From contig CM052818.1 of assembly GCA_028534125.1 (NCBI GenBank), positions 23,560,001-23,624,000 on the forward strand: a stretch of DNA of 64,000 bases, in the 5' to 3' direction. The notes under the pieces were generated by a model. The model saw nothing but the letters and a program-made list of their open reading frames with translations, had not been told where the DNA came from and made no database searches. The position numbers and the translations under genes were made by a program. The first letter of the stretch is position 1; each line of letters opens with the position of its first letter. This DNA comes from Lama glama (lineage: Eukaryota). This document shows, piece by piece, positions 13,591 through 26,987 of the stretch.

Positions 13591-15900
13591 TGTGAATGAG
13601 AGATCATCTCTTCCTTCAGTTCCTTGTTTACGCTGAAATCATGTCTCTCTCTCTGTCTTTCTCTCATCTGCTGCTCAGGCTCAAATCCTCCTTTCCAACC
13701 AGGTGTCCTCTTGTGCAGCTGATGTTCTTGGTGCACCTCAGAGGCGTGTCCTGCCCATTACCTTTATAATTATTAATATTTTGGATGACTTATTATAGGC
13801 TCACTTTTTAAACTTTTACCTTAAGTTTGATGAGTTTGTGTATTGAAGTATAATTGATCTACAACACTATGTTAGTTCCAGCTGCACAACACAGTGATTT
13901 GGTGTTTCTTTACATTACAAAATGATCACCACGATAAGACACCATCTGTCACCACACAAAGTTAATACAACATTATTGACTATATTCCCCATGCTGTACA
14001 TTTCATCCCCATGGCTTATTTATCTTGTAACTGGAAGTTTATGTCTCTTAATCTCCCTTACCTATTTCACTAACCATCCCCCTCCACTGCCTCCTGCATC
14101 CCTTCTGGCAACCACCTGTTTGTTCTCTGTATTTATGAGTCGGGTTTTTGTTGTTTGTCTGGTGGTATCTTTGGTTGGTATTAAGGTGATTCTGGCCTTG
14201 TAGAATGAGTTTAAAAGCATTTCTTTCTCTTCAATTTTTGGGAATAGTTTCAGGGAGATAGGCATTAATTCTTTCAAATGTTTTGTACAATTCACCTATG
14301 AAGACATCTGGTTCTAGATTTTTGTTTGCAGGGAATTTTTTTTTAACTACTGGTCAGTTTCATTACTAGTACTGAGTCTATTTCAGATTTTCTGTTTCTT
14401 TCTGATTTACTCGGGGGAGACTATATTTCTAGAAATTTATCCATTTCTTCTAGGCTGTCCATTAGATTTCATCTTTGATTTCTTCAGTGAGCCATACTAA
14501 ACCCATTGGTTGTTCAGTAGCATGTTGTTTAGCCTCTGTGTTTGTGTTCTGCATTTTTTCTTAGTTGATTTATAGTCCCATACTGTTGTGGTTGGAAAAG
14601 GTGCTTGCTACAATTTCAATCTTATTAAATTTGTTGAGACTTGCATTGTGGCCTGGTATGTGATCTATCCTGGAAAATATTCCATGTGTGCTTGAAAAGA
14701 ATGCATATTTTGCTTTTGAATGGAATGTTCTGTATGTCTTTTAAGTTTGCTTGGTCTAATGTATAGTTTAAGGGCAGTGTTTCCTTCTTGATTTTCTGTC
14801 TGAATATTCTGTTCATTGATGTAAGTGGAATGTTAAAGTTCCCTACTACTATTGTGTTACTGTCAGTTTTTCCCTTTGTTATGTTAATATTTACCTTATG
14901 TATTTATGTGTTCCTATGTTGGCTGCATGTATATTTATATCCTTTTATTGGATAATAATCCTTTTATTGTTATGTAATGTCCCGCTTTGTCTCTTGTTTC
15001 AGTCTTCGTTCTAAAGTTTGTTTTATATAAATATTCTTACCTCAGCTTTTTTCCCATTCCAGTTGCATAGCATACTTTTTTCTATCCCTCCACTTTCAAT
15101 CTGCGTGTATCTAGATCTGAAGTGAGTCTCTTTTNNNNNNNNNNNNNNNNNNNNNNNNNNNNNNNNNNNNNNNNNNNNNNNNNNNNNNNNNNNNNNNNNN
15201 NNNNNNNNNNNNNNNNNNNNNNNNNNNNNNNNNNNNNNNNNNNNNNNNNNNNNNNNNNNNNNCTGGTTGTTTTGTACTCTTTTTGGATCCTTTCTTCTTT
15301 TACTCTCATGTAATATGACTATCTTTAGTGTTACTTTTGGATTCCTTTCCCTTTGTGTGTGTGTGTATATTATAGTTTTTTTGTTTGTTGTCATGAGAAT
15401 GTATATAATAACCTGTATGTGTATATGAGTGATTAAGTTGGTGATCCCTTAAGTTCAAATACATTTTAATGACTACATTTTGTACTGTCCCACACACATG
15501 TTTAATGTTATTGATGTTTTATTTTACATCTTTTTGTTCTGTGTATCCCTTAACTACTGATTGGAGATACAGATGATTTTATAGATAAGTGGTTGATCTA
15601 CTACCTTTACTAAATGTTTGCCTTTATCAATGAGATATTTCCTTTTGTAAATTTTATACTTCTAGTTGTGGTTCTTTCCTTTTTATTTAGAGAAGTCCCC
15701 TAACACTTCCTGTAAAGCTGAACTCTAGGGAAACACACTGGTTTGGTGGTGCTGAATTCTTAGCTTTTGCTTGTCTGTAAAACTCTTGATCTCTCCTTCA
15801 AATCTAAACAAGAGCCTTACTGTATAGAATATTCTTGTTTCTAGGTTTTTTTTGTTGTTGTTTTATTTTGTTTTTTCCTTTCATTACTTTGAAGATGTCA

Positions 15901-15932
15901 TGCCACTCCCTTCTGGTGCCACTCCCTTCTGG
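15901..15932. repeat. Perfect 16-bp tandem duplication inside L1 ORF1
   Basis: tgccactcccttctgg x2. Confidence 0.95.
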
Positions 15933-16899
15933 TCTGTAGAGTTTCTGCTGAAAAGTGAGCTGCTGGTATTAGGGGAGTTCTTTGGATGTAACTAGTTGCT
16001 TTTCTCTTGCTGCTTTTAAGATTCTCTCTTTAATTTTTGTATTTATCTTTGGGACTGTCCTGATTCCTGGTCCTGAGTGTCTGTTTCCTTCCACAAGTTA
16101 GGGAAGTTTTCAGCTGTTACTTATTCAGATAAGTTCTCTGCTCTTTTCCTGCTCTCTTTTCCTTCTGGGACCCCTATGATGTGAATGTTAGTATGCTTGA
16201 GGTGCCAGAGGCCTTTTAAGCCCTCCCTATTTTTAGAAAATTCTTTTTTCTTTTTTGTGTTCAGTTGAGTGATTTTTACTACTCTTTCAGTTTGCTGATC
16301 CATTCCTCTGTATCATGTAGTCTACTTTGATTCTTTCTAGTGCATTTTTTATTTCAGTTATTGCATTCTTCAGCTCTAGTTTTTCTCTTTATTTTCTAAC
16401 TCTTCTGAAGTTCTTATGTGTTCATTTTTCTCCCAAGTTCACTGAGCATGTCTGTGATCACTGTCTTGAACTCTTTATTCAGTAGATTGCTTATCTCTGC
16501 TTTGCTTAGTTCTTCTTCTTTGGCTTTATGTTGATCCTTCACTTGGAATATATTCCTCTCTCGCCTCATTCTGCCTAATTCTCAGTTTTTATTTCAATTT
16601 ATTAGGTAGGCCAGTTATGTTCTCAATCTTGGAGAAGCTGCCTTATGTAGGAGATACCCTGTGGGATCAAGAATTTTACTTCCCTCTGGTCACCAGAGTT
16701 CTATGCTCTAATGCCCCCATGTGAGCTGCATGGGTTCTTCTGTTTTGGCAGGGCCTGCTACTCTGGGTGTAGGTGGGGTTGGCCCACAGCCCAGTTGGCT
16801 TCCAGGTCCTGCCTTGTGCAGAGGTTGCTGGCTGCTGGTGGGTGGGGCTGGATCCTGGTATGGTTTGTTGCACACTCTAGGGAGTCCCAGGGCTGGTGC

Positions 16900-16913
16900 C
16901 TGCCCCCTAGTGG
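16900..16913 (-). promoter_or_regulatory. CTCF core motif in L1 5'UTR
   Basis: Reverse strand CCACTAGGGGGCAG fits consensus CCASYAGRKGGCRS; occupancy unknown. Confidence 0.55.
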
Positions 16914-16968
16914 GCAAGGCTGAATCCTGGTGCAGCTGACCTTGGGCTGGTGCTGGCCCATTGGTGAG

Positions 16969-17027
16969 TGGGGCCAGGACCCAGGGTGGCTGACTGGGGC
17001 CAGGACCCAGGGTGGCTGACTGGGGCC
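16969..17027. repeat. Perfect 26-bp tandem duplication inside L1 5'UTR
   Basis: tggggccaggacccagggtggctgac x2 plus a partial third unit. Confidence 0.95.
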
Positions 17028-18114
17028 CAGGGCTGGTGCTGGAGTGCTGGTGGGTGGGCTGGGTTCTTATGTGTCTGATTGCTTATACTGTTGATAACTG
17101 GCTAATGGGTAGGTAAGCTTCCCCTGCTAACAGCATAGAGGGTGGATTCTAAAATTTTGCTTACCAGCACCATTGTCTTTGTGGTAGAATAAACTCCATA
17201 CAGTGGCTGCCACCTGTGTCTGTGTTCCCAGGGGGAGTCCTAGTTACCTCTCCAGGGGGCTCTGTAAGATCAGCAGGTGGGTCTGGCCCAGTCTGTTTTC
17301 AAATTTCTCTCTCTGCAGGACTCTGTGTTTCCTACATCCCTCTGCCTGTCCTTTGGCAAACTCACTGGACTTCAAAGCGAGGTATTCTGGGCACTGGTCT
17401 TCCCAGTGCAGCACCCCCAGGCTGGGGAGCTGGATGTGTGGGCCCTTTGCTTCTTGGGGAGAACTTCCCTAATTGTGATTATCTTCTCATCTGTGGGTCG
17501 CCGACTGCAGGTTTGTCTTGATTATACCGTGTCTTTACCCACCTACCTGTCTTGTTGGGGTTATTTCTTTATATCTCAAATGGAAAATCTTTTCTGTCTT
17601 CTTCAGGTAGTTCTCATAGACAGTCGCTCTGCAAAGAGTTGTAATTTTGGTATGCCCAGAGGAGGAACTGAGTTCAGGGTCTTTGTACTCCTCCATCTTG
17701 GCCACCATCCTATGTTGTATTCTTTTAAATTTACTTGGGTGTTACTTTTTTGTTGGAGGGGAAAAAAGAGAGATTTAAGCTCCAAAGTGTACACCAAGAA
17801 TTATCCCTCTTTAGCTCCACATTTAACAGGGAATCCCAAAGCCATTTAATATTAAGAGAAAAGCAGTATTTTTAATTTAAAAATCCAGAAAAGTTCTAAC
17901 TCTAATTTTGAATCCCTGAGATGATAAGAGAGAATGGAACTTTTGCAAACATTGCCCACACAGATCCTCTAAACCTAGAGGAAATGCTGATGTGGTAAAA
18001 TGGGTAATTTTAATGCAGAAAATACTTGTTTCTCAGTTTCTGGGTTTCAGTTGATTGAATATACATGGAAGAATACAAGTTTTTCTTATCTTTCTCTTAA
18101 TCAAGATTCTTAGA

Positions 18115-19690
18115 CTGAATTCATTTATTCATTATGTATTGAATTCCATTGTGTACTTGGCAATGTAGCCAAGTAGACTCAATAATTAAAAGAAAATCTT
18201 GAGTAGCTTATAGGTTTATAGGACAGATAAATAAATGAGCAGGCAAGTAAAGTTCAGTCTTCTAAGTGCTATAATAGGGGTATGCAGAGGATGTTGTTGG
18301 AGCTCAGAGGGGAAACATCAGTCTTGAAGAGATCAAGGACGATGAATGAGTGACTGAGACACTGAATGTTTAATGCCAGGGATGACGTGATCTGATTTTC
18401 ATTTTAGAAAATTTACTCTGGCTGCCAGCTGGGGAACAGATTGAAAAGCAGTGAGGCTAGAGGAAGGGAAACCAGTCAGGTGGCTGTTGTCTTGCTAATA
18501 ATAGCTCACCCTTAATGAGCACGCACTCTGTGCCAGGCACTCTCCCTAAGCACTTTACAGGTGTTAATTTATTTAATTCTCACAGCAATATTATAAGGTG
18601 AGTTGCTTTTTCCTTTTTATCACCTGTGCTTTGTAATAAAATAGATATTAAAGAAAAAAATAAAATAGAGATTAAGCGTTTACCAAAGTTGTACAGTTGG
18701 TAAGAGGCAGAGCTGGGATTTGGACGCAGTCAGTCTGGCTCCAGAATCCGTGCTTTCAACCATTATGATATGCATCTGCCTCACAAAGTTATCCAGAAGA
18801 GAGATTAATGATGTGAAAGAAGTGGCACTGGGGCTGGTAATGAGAGGATTCTTGGAAAGATATTAAGGCACTAGAATCAACAGGGCTTGGTACTTGATTA
18901 GATTAGGAGGCTAATGGAAAGGAAAATGTCTTGAGAGACTAAAGTTCTTGGCTTGGGTAGTTGGTTGAGTGGAAGGAAATTCCATTCATTGAAATTGGGT
19001 TCCCAAGAAGTGGGTTTGGTTTGTTGGAAAAAAATAATGAATTCTGAGCGTGCTGAGTTTGAAGTCTCTGTGGAATATCCCAGTGGAAACATTTACTATA
19101 ATGTTAGAAACATGATGTGGAGATTGAGATCTAGGTTGGAGATACATGTTTGNNNNNNNNNNNNNNNNNNNNNNNNNNNNNNNNNNNNNNNNNNNNNNNN
19201 NNNNNNNNNNNNNNNNNNNNNNNNNNNNNNNNNNNNNNNNNNNNNNNNNNNNNNNNNNNNNNNNNNNNNNNNNNNNNNNNATGGGTAAGTTCATACTAGG
19301 AGAAGTTTTAGAGTAAAATGAGAGCTTTTAGAAAATTTAGACGGAGAACCCTGGACAAGTTTAACATTTAAAGGAAGAGTAGAGAAGATTCCACAAGGTT
19401 ACTGAGAAGGATGGAACAGAGAAGTAGGAGGGGCAAGGAGAGAGCCATAGAAACCAAAGAAAGAGTTCTAAAAAGTAAAAAGTGTCAGAAGTGTCAAGAA
19501 CTTCAGAGAAGTTAATATGAAGTCAGGAAATTCTCCAGTGATTTAGCAATAAAGCAGTTGATCATTTTGAGGAGAATAGTTTCAATAGAGTAATGGTTGT
19601 AAAAGCCCCAAACTACACCGGGGTAAAAAGTAAATGGCAATTGATAATCTATAGACAGTGAATGTACATAAATCTTCAAGAGTATTTTTG
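18115..19690 (-). mobile_element. L2 LINE remnant interrupted by a MIR
   Basis: Tail ttcatttattcatt at ~18120; L2 segments gtgatctgattttcattttagaaaatttactctggctg, tagaatcaacagggcttgg, gctgagtttgaag...tatcccagtggaaac. Confidence 0.8.
18497..18780 (-). mobile_element. MIR SINE
   Basis: aataatagctcac...tgagcacgcactctgtgccaggcac...ggcagagctgggatttgga...gtctggctccaga. Confidence 0.85.
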
Positions 19691-20548
19691 TCAACTTCCA
19701 GATGTTTATCTTTATTTAAGCTACTACGTCATGTCTTATGAAAATAATTTGCCTTCCTGCACCAAAGAACCAGACAGGATTACTTACCTGCTGACAATGT
19801 GCAGGTATCCTCTGTTTAGTGAGATTTTGGGGGTACCAACGTTTCTTTTGTACCAGCTGTCACTGGTATGTGAAGTTCTACTGTTAATATTGCATGACTT
19901 TGAGCTTATGATCCTGGGGACAGATAACCAAATTAAGCTGCCCATAGTTATAACCCTGACATGAAAACACACTTACTCTGTCTCTTCCTAGAAGTGGTAA
20001 GGTGCGAGCAGTTCCCTACAGGTAACCTGGGATGGGAGTTGGTGAGGGATGAGGCATGGAATGGTGGGGAAGCAGCTGGAATTTAGTTGTGTGGAGCGAG
20101 TATCTGAAGAGAACAAGAGTCCTGGGTGTATGCAGGTATTTGGGTGTAGAGGGAGATGGGCAGGAGAATGAGAGTCCAGGAGATAAGTTGTAATTTCTTC
20201 AACTTCAGCTGTGCATAGAGGTCACCCTGTCTGCAAGCATCTACTGCCCTGGCTGTGTGTAAATGACCACAGCCAGTTAGTACGATGTATGAGTAGCAGT
20301 ACACTTCACTGAGCATTTATGGAAGTTTCTCAAGCTTCTTTTTGTGTCCTCAAGAGAGCAGTTGTTAATAGATAGGTGGCTCAGTAAGAGCTCCTGCCTT
20401 ACTTAGACACAGTTTGAATGATGATGAAGAAGAAACAGAATACTGGCTATTTTGAGGGAGAAGAATATGACAAATTATGAGATAGTTACAGAAATGTCTT
20501 ACATCTTTAAGAGTTTAGACAGTATTGACTTTCAGTATTTGTGCTTGT

Positions 20549-20551
<3 letters not shown>

Positions 20552-20584
<33 letters not shown>
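20552..20584. repeat. (TG)n microsatellite
   Basis: About 16 perfect units. Confidence 0.98.
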
Positions 20585-20586
<2 letters not shown>

Positions 20587-23500
20587 ATTTTAAAGGTGTA
20601 CTGTCTCCAGATACTGAGTGTTAATAGATTGTCAGTGATGGTCAGTTGAAACACCTCCTTCCTCTTTGGAAATGTACTGCTGGGTGGAGAAGGGACGGAT
20701 CCTGAAGTGAAATCAGTGTCTTTGGAGACAGGAAAGATTTCTGAGAAAGAGGTTGGACATTCTCCTGAGGAAGTTTGGAAGATCGAGGTTATTTAAGGAG
20801 ACGACTGAGAGGAAAGAGCTCACCTGAGGTAAGAGGTGCCCAAGCCCTTAAAGCGATTCCCCGAGAAGGTTTAATTCTTTGGATCCTTCCCTCTACCTCC
20901 CACCGGATAACAAACTATAAGGAAAGTAACATTTAATAGATAATGTTAAGTCTAGCCTTATGTTGTTATTCCGTTGAGTTATTTGAAACGCTGTAGAAAT
21001 TCTGATACATCTGTATGTGAGAGTGGTAAAGACAATATAGAGAGAAGGAAGTTAGGAAAGTAAACCCTGCCTCTGTATCAGACTTCTTCTGCAGCCTGTG
21101 CAATATTATAGTTTACAGATGGCAGAATACCATAATTGCCTCCTATGACTACTGCCCTGAAGTTAGATTGGAAATTGGCAGAAGATATTCAGAGAAGTCC
21201 ATGGATGTCCAGAGAAGGCAAGGAGATATTTATAGAATGATAATGAACTCAAAATGAGAGTCTGTCAATAAATTGAGCATTTACATGTTTTTAATATCTA
21301 AGAGCAAAGAATGCAATGCATTGCATCTGAACTAAGGCTATTGAGTAAGCATAGTTTACCCTAGTGTTGGTTTGTGGGCTCCAGAAGCTCTGGGTGCTCG
21401 AATCTACAGGAAGAGTGAGCCCTGCCCTTCCATGTTACCTTTGTTCTCGGCGGGTGGAGCTAGGGGTGGCCATACTTCCCTTGGTTCCCAAGGCAATGAA
21501 TGGTCTAATTCTTGTCTTTTAATTCATTAAATGTATAATCTGTTCACCAGTAACAGACAATACCAATTACTGGTTATCATTTTGTAAGAAGACTTGGCAA
21601 GAATCTCTAAGCTTCAGCCTGAGGCATCCCTCCCTTTAGAAGGGTTTATCTTTCAGCTCCGATGCTGTTTCATGGATTTTATTTTTATAGGGACCATCAA
21701 ATGAAATATTATGAAAAGACTGAAACATTCTAATTCACCATGGTCCAGCAAAGTCTGTCAAAGAGCTAATCTCCAAGCACTTTTTAAAGGGTAGAGTTTT
21801 AATGCCTTGAAGTTTATGTACCTTTAACTCGATAAATTCTCAGGAAGTAGAGGTTGACTACTACAGGTCTTTAGGAGGCCCGTTTTAACCAGTAGTCTAG
21901 AACTTCTAATTTGAACATTATTTGTTATAATGAGTTTGGGAACTGATGACATGCTTTAAACATTGTTCTGACATGAGACATGACTTTGTTTAAAGAATGA
22001 TAAAATTTAAAAATTGGTAAGAAATGTTCAAACATAGGGTACAGTATTAAAATATGTAGCTGATATCTACGTATCCCCCTCTCAATTTGAAGAAATATTA
22101 TTTGGCCATATTTACTTCAAATCTCTGGTTCTCTGTCTTCCTCTGTCCTCTCCCTCCCCCTCCTCTTTCTCTCCTTACCGCCTCATCTCAAAAAATGCAA
22201 ATTACAAATACAGCTAAAACACCATCCCTCTCCCTTCTTTTAATCTCTTCTCTGGAAGTTGATGTATATTTCAAAAACATGATGTGGAGTGAAAAGCAAG
22301 TTCAAAAGGATACTTGTAGTTCATTCACATCTGTGTAAATTTTAAAAACACATAGAACAATGTTATGCATTGTTTGACTAAAGACATTTTATTTTAATAA
22401 GACCCTTTCCCAATAATAAATAAAAAAGAAATAATTAATTTATGAGTATTTCTATATCACAAGCAATAAACAACTTGACTTGCAACAAGTCAGGATATAC
22501 TGAACTGACATATCCACTCAAGGACATCTTGATTTTCTAAATTATTACTCAATGGTAATCTGTCTTGATATATTTAATAAGAATACTTTTAGTACTAGAG
22601 CTATAACTGCTCCCATTTCATCAGTTATATGTCTCCTTTGGCATATAAACCTAGAGCCTTATAGATGTGAAATATGCTACATAATAAAATGCCTTACTTG
22701 GTTGGGATTATCTTAAATAAAGTAATTAAATGCCACGGCTTGGTGTTCCAACTGATTTACTGCAGTAGAAATGATCTTATAAAACTCTCACCCAGTTGTG
22801 TAAGCTAAGTCTCCATTCTGTCACACTTTAAATAATTTATAGGGGTGTTGGGGTCAGGGGAAATAGAAACAACAGAAATATATAATATACCAAGGTTAGT
22901 TCTTCAAATAATTGGTCAAGGTATATGTACTTAATAAACTTAAAGATAATATTAACTATTTAACAATCCTGAATTTCCTCTGTGAGGTGTGCCTAAATGC
23001 ATGACTTCCCAATAAACTCTTTTCTTAGTCTTAGCATTGAATTACATTATTTTTTGTTTCATTTTGTTCTCTGTTCTGTGTGTTTACTTTTATTTTTTGT
23101 ATACTTCTGGCTCCTAGCATAGTACTAGGCACATAGTAGGTGTTGATGAGTAATTATGTTTTGCATTGTTTTAAATATTTTTGAAATAAAAAAATTGTCT
23201 TTAGGCATAGGATTATGTAAATAGGAAGCACAAAGATTGTTGTCCTTTAAAAAGAGACTAAATTGACTATTCCCTCCACCTGATCCACCTGATTCCTAAT
23301 TCCAATTGTTAAGACATGAAGAGAAAAATTGTAGAGTAATCTTGAAGAAAAATATAACAAGGTGAAAAATGTTCAAATAAAAACCTGCAACCAATGGTAC
23401 ATTGAATAGTATCAGTTCGTTGCCATTACAAACATGAAACCATTTTTATTTTTATTCTTACTTTTTTTTTTCTATCATCTTCAGCTAGGGTCTTCTGATC

Positions 23501-24559
23501 TTCCCTTTCCTATTCCTTAATAGAACTTGGTCAGATTGTGTAATTAAGTATTTAAAGGTTTTATCCAGTTTAATCTCATTCAAAGTTCTACCTCTCCCCT
23601 TCTCCACATACCAGACCCCAGAGTGTTAAGATGGGAAGGAAGGAGAAAGTTTCTTTCTACAGGAGATCGCTATGCTAGTTACTTTGAGTTACTGCTGCTT
23701 CTCTGGCTAACAAGTATGAGTCACCTGTACCCTCTGCATGGCAGGTGTCCAGATGTTGACTGTCTAGTGTGTGCATGTGTGAGGTGGGTCGGGGGCTTGG
23801 AGGACTGTGGGGCCTTCTTGCCGCACTGCTTCCTACCTTGGCAACTATGGCTCCAGCTTTTTGTTTTAAATTGCTGCCTCTGGTATTCACCTCACAACCT
23901 CTTGCACCTGTGTGCATTTGTGTATATGCATACACATGTGTATGTGTGTGTGGTGTGTCTTCATACAGCGCTGACACATTTTAGGGTTATACTAGCAAAA
24001 TGGCTATAGTCCAGCTACCAGTATGGTGTCCGTTTGTTCTGTGGGAAACGTACCCACCTTGAGCACCCCAAATAGTAGAAGTGAAGATTGCTCACTCGTG
24101 GGGCATCCCCCACCCTCTGCCTGACATCTCTCTTCAGCTCCCTTTTCTCCTCTGTAGGCACAGGGATAGATCAGCAACCCCTCTTTCTTGATCACAGTAT
24201 CATTGCTGAATCGTGTCCCCTGTTTCTTGCAGGCTCCCCCAGTCTCTACAGCGACTCCCTGGGAGTCTTCCCTCTTACTTGGCTTGTGGAGTTGTCTGCA
24301 GATGGGGATGGGAGGTGGGAAGAGTAGTCTGTCTCCTGTTCCCATCCCTCCTCATCCTCCTTTCTTAGAGGATGGGGAGATGGGTAGGGGTGGATGCCCG
24401 TGGTAGGAAAACCATGTCTGTGGTCTCCTTGTAATCTGCAGGGAAGTTTTTTGATTCCAACCTTTCGTGGTTCTCTTTTGTCTGTGGACTGTGTATTTAG
24501 TGCATAAATTGTCCTCTTAGTCCTCACGTTTTGACCAAGTTTCTTTCCAAATTCTACAT

Positions 24560-25086
24560 TGTAAACAGTTTCCAAAATAGCTCCCAATGATCTCTGCCTC
24601 CTGTTATTCATGCCTTTGTGTAATTCTCTCTCTTTGTGTATGGACTGGACCCAGTAATTCACTTTTGATGAATAGAATATGACAAAAGTGATGGGAATTG
24701 GTTTACAAAAGGCTGGAACTTCCATCTTGTTTGTACTCTTTCTCTGGATCTTCTCACTTGCTTGCCTTAATGAACAAGCTGCCATGTGTGAGCTGCTTTA
24801 AAGAAAGGTCCACATGGCAAGGGACTGAGGGTAGCCTCTGGCCAACAGCTGTGAGAAAGTAAATCCTGCCAACAACCATGTAAGTGAGCTTGGAAATGAA
24901 TCCTTTTTCAGTCAAGACCCAGGCAAAACCTTGATTATGGCCTGTGAGAAACTCTGAAACAAAGGACCTACTTACGTTGCACCTGGATTTCTGACTCATT
25001 TATTATCCTGTAAGAGAATAAATGTTGTTTTAAGTCACTAAATGTTGGTGGGGTTATTTGTTACACAGCAATAAATAACTGTTACA
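24560..25086 (+). mobile_element. MaLR solo LTR (MLT1F-like)
   Basis: TG...CA ends; gaatagaatatgacaaaagtgatggga, ccacatggcaagggactgaggg, aatcctgccaacaaccatg, aataaatgttgttttaagtcactaa...tgttacacagcaata. Confidence 0.88.
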
Positions 25087-25824
25087 TACTGCTACTTCTC
25101 TTTGTATCTTCTGTATTGACTTTGCAAGGGGTATAACTACAAATATTAGTGTTTCATGTGTACTCATCTAATACTCAGTTATTCTATAACATAATGGTTA
25201 AATAAAGCTTCTTAGGGAATTTTGAACTTCTTTTAGAAACCTAAATTTATTCTCCTTATTTTCCTTGTCTAGCAAATATATTAATTATCTTTCTGGCTAG
25301 GCAAGATGCTGTGTGACTGTGCTTCTGAGTTCTTTGGCAAGTCTAAGTAGGTTGCTAGATGGCAAAAGTTAGATTAGTGGAAACTTTTTCTTTAAAGGTC
25401 AGTAGGTTCATTAGGAGTACCAGTCTTTAACCCAGTATCTGCTTTGAGTGTAGGCCATCATTACAATATAGAGTTTTACTTAAAATTATTTTAAGAAATA
25501 TTTTCAATCCCTTTTCTCTGTTGCTATTCAAGAAAGGGGCAAGATGAGAAGGAAAACAGATTTTCCTCCTTTCTAACCTAATATACACACCTGACCTTTC
25601 TCCTTGAAAATTCTAATAAATGCTGCCCTTTTTGAAAAAAAAAAAAAAGTACCAGATTGAGTCTCCTGGGAATTTTCCCAGTTAGGTCTGCTATAAATAT
25701 TTTCCTTGTCCCAGATATCATGAATATATCATTAAAATTACTATTGCTTAGAGCAGGCAGGCAACATAGTTTTTTTTCTTCTTTTTTTAAAAAATAAGTG
25801 TTCTGTTTTCCTTGTCATTTTTTC

Positions 25825-25847
25825 TGTGTGTGTGTGTGTGTGTGTGT
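25825..25847. repeat. (TG)n microsatellite
   Basis: About 11 units. Confidence 0.95.
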
Positions 25848-26987
25848 TTTATACAATACTGTATACATTAAATAGCACATTCTTCTGGAATCATAGGGCT
25901 TGAGAAAAAACTATGTTTTTCAGTCCATTTGATGGCATTCAGACTGTATTTCAGAAAACAGCCATTCAATCTTAGTTTTAAAACTCATGTGAGACATCTG
26001 TCTAAGCTTCATTGGTAATGCACTTCTGTATTTAACATCATATTCTGGTCCTTTGGGTAAAGGAAACAAGGATAATTTAGTCATTTATTTAAAATAATGT
26101 CCTGGCTCTTCTTCTGGGTTATGTGCTTCACTTCACAGTTATGCTCTCGGACCTGTCGGCATCTGTCTTTCCAACTTTGAAGGAACTCCCTTTGCTTCTC
26201 TGTATGGCAGTTATCAGAGCTCAGTCTGAGCCTCGGTTCCTCAAAAAGACTTTGAATACTCTGACTTATCTCTTCTCCCTGATTTCCTACTGCTTATGGA
26301 TCTTTTCCTATAGAATCTTATATTTATTTATTCATGAATTATTTCAAAATTATGAATGTATTAATTTCCTAACTTAAGCATTGCAGTCAGAGCCCATGCC
26401 TTTTTTATGTAATTATTTTCTCTAGACTGAAAGTGACAAGTAATTCTAGGCCTTGGAACGTTGATAGGATGGATATTTTGGAGTCAGGCTCTCTGCCCAG
26501 TTCCCTCAAATAACCCCTCAAGAACAGTGGATGAGTGTGATTTCAACAGGGAGAACTCCCTGCTTCCCCATACCATAGGTGTCTGCTGGACCCTGTTACT
26601 GTACTTCAAGATTTCCCCTTAACTGCTCATTGATTACTGGACCAATCAGTATTATTGTCAAATATAGGTATGCTCTTGGCAGGATTATTATAATTGTGTT
26701 ATATTGAATTTATTAGAGTACTCAATTTCTGTTCAGTTGTCAGTTTTTCTGATCAAGGTTCTTGGGTAGTCACTCATGGTTCCAGTCTATACACTGCATA
26801 GCTATAAATTCTTTAAGGGAACCTTGAAAAATCAGTCACAGGATATAAAGATGGCTATCTGCTCGAACTTAAACCTGTGGGTGAGGATGACAGTTCACAC
26901 AGAAGAGGAGGACCACGTTAGGCAGCCCTCTGAATGTTAGCCTAAGTGAGATCTCAGTAGTTCAAGTTTAAAGTGTGAGATACAGAC

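Larger units (their letters stand above)
13805..17710 (-). mobile_element. LINE-1 with intact 5' end, decayed ORF1, ORF2 fragments and L1MA9-like 3' end (internally deleted or composite)
   Basis: 5' end ggatggtggccaagatgg at ~17710; ORF1p-like HTNIHIIGVPEGKE (16121-16303); endonuclease-like RQKIKKETLPLNYTLDQANLKDI (14625-14816) and KETHFRS; ORF2p-like ELMPISLKLFPKIEEKEMLLNSFYKARITLIP (within 14062-14295); 3'UTR at 13840-14160. Confidence 0.92.

Noticed and set aside
21311-21326. Perfect 16-bp palindrome atgcaatgcattgcat
   Set aside because: About one such palindrome is expected by chance in 64 kb (64000/4^8).
24246-24785. 179-aa minus-strand ORF
   Set aside because: It starts inside the antisense strand of an MLT1F-like LTR and has no recognisable domain.
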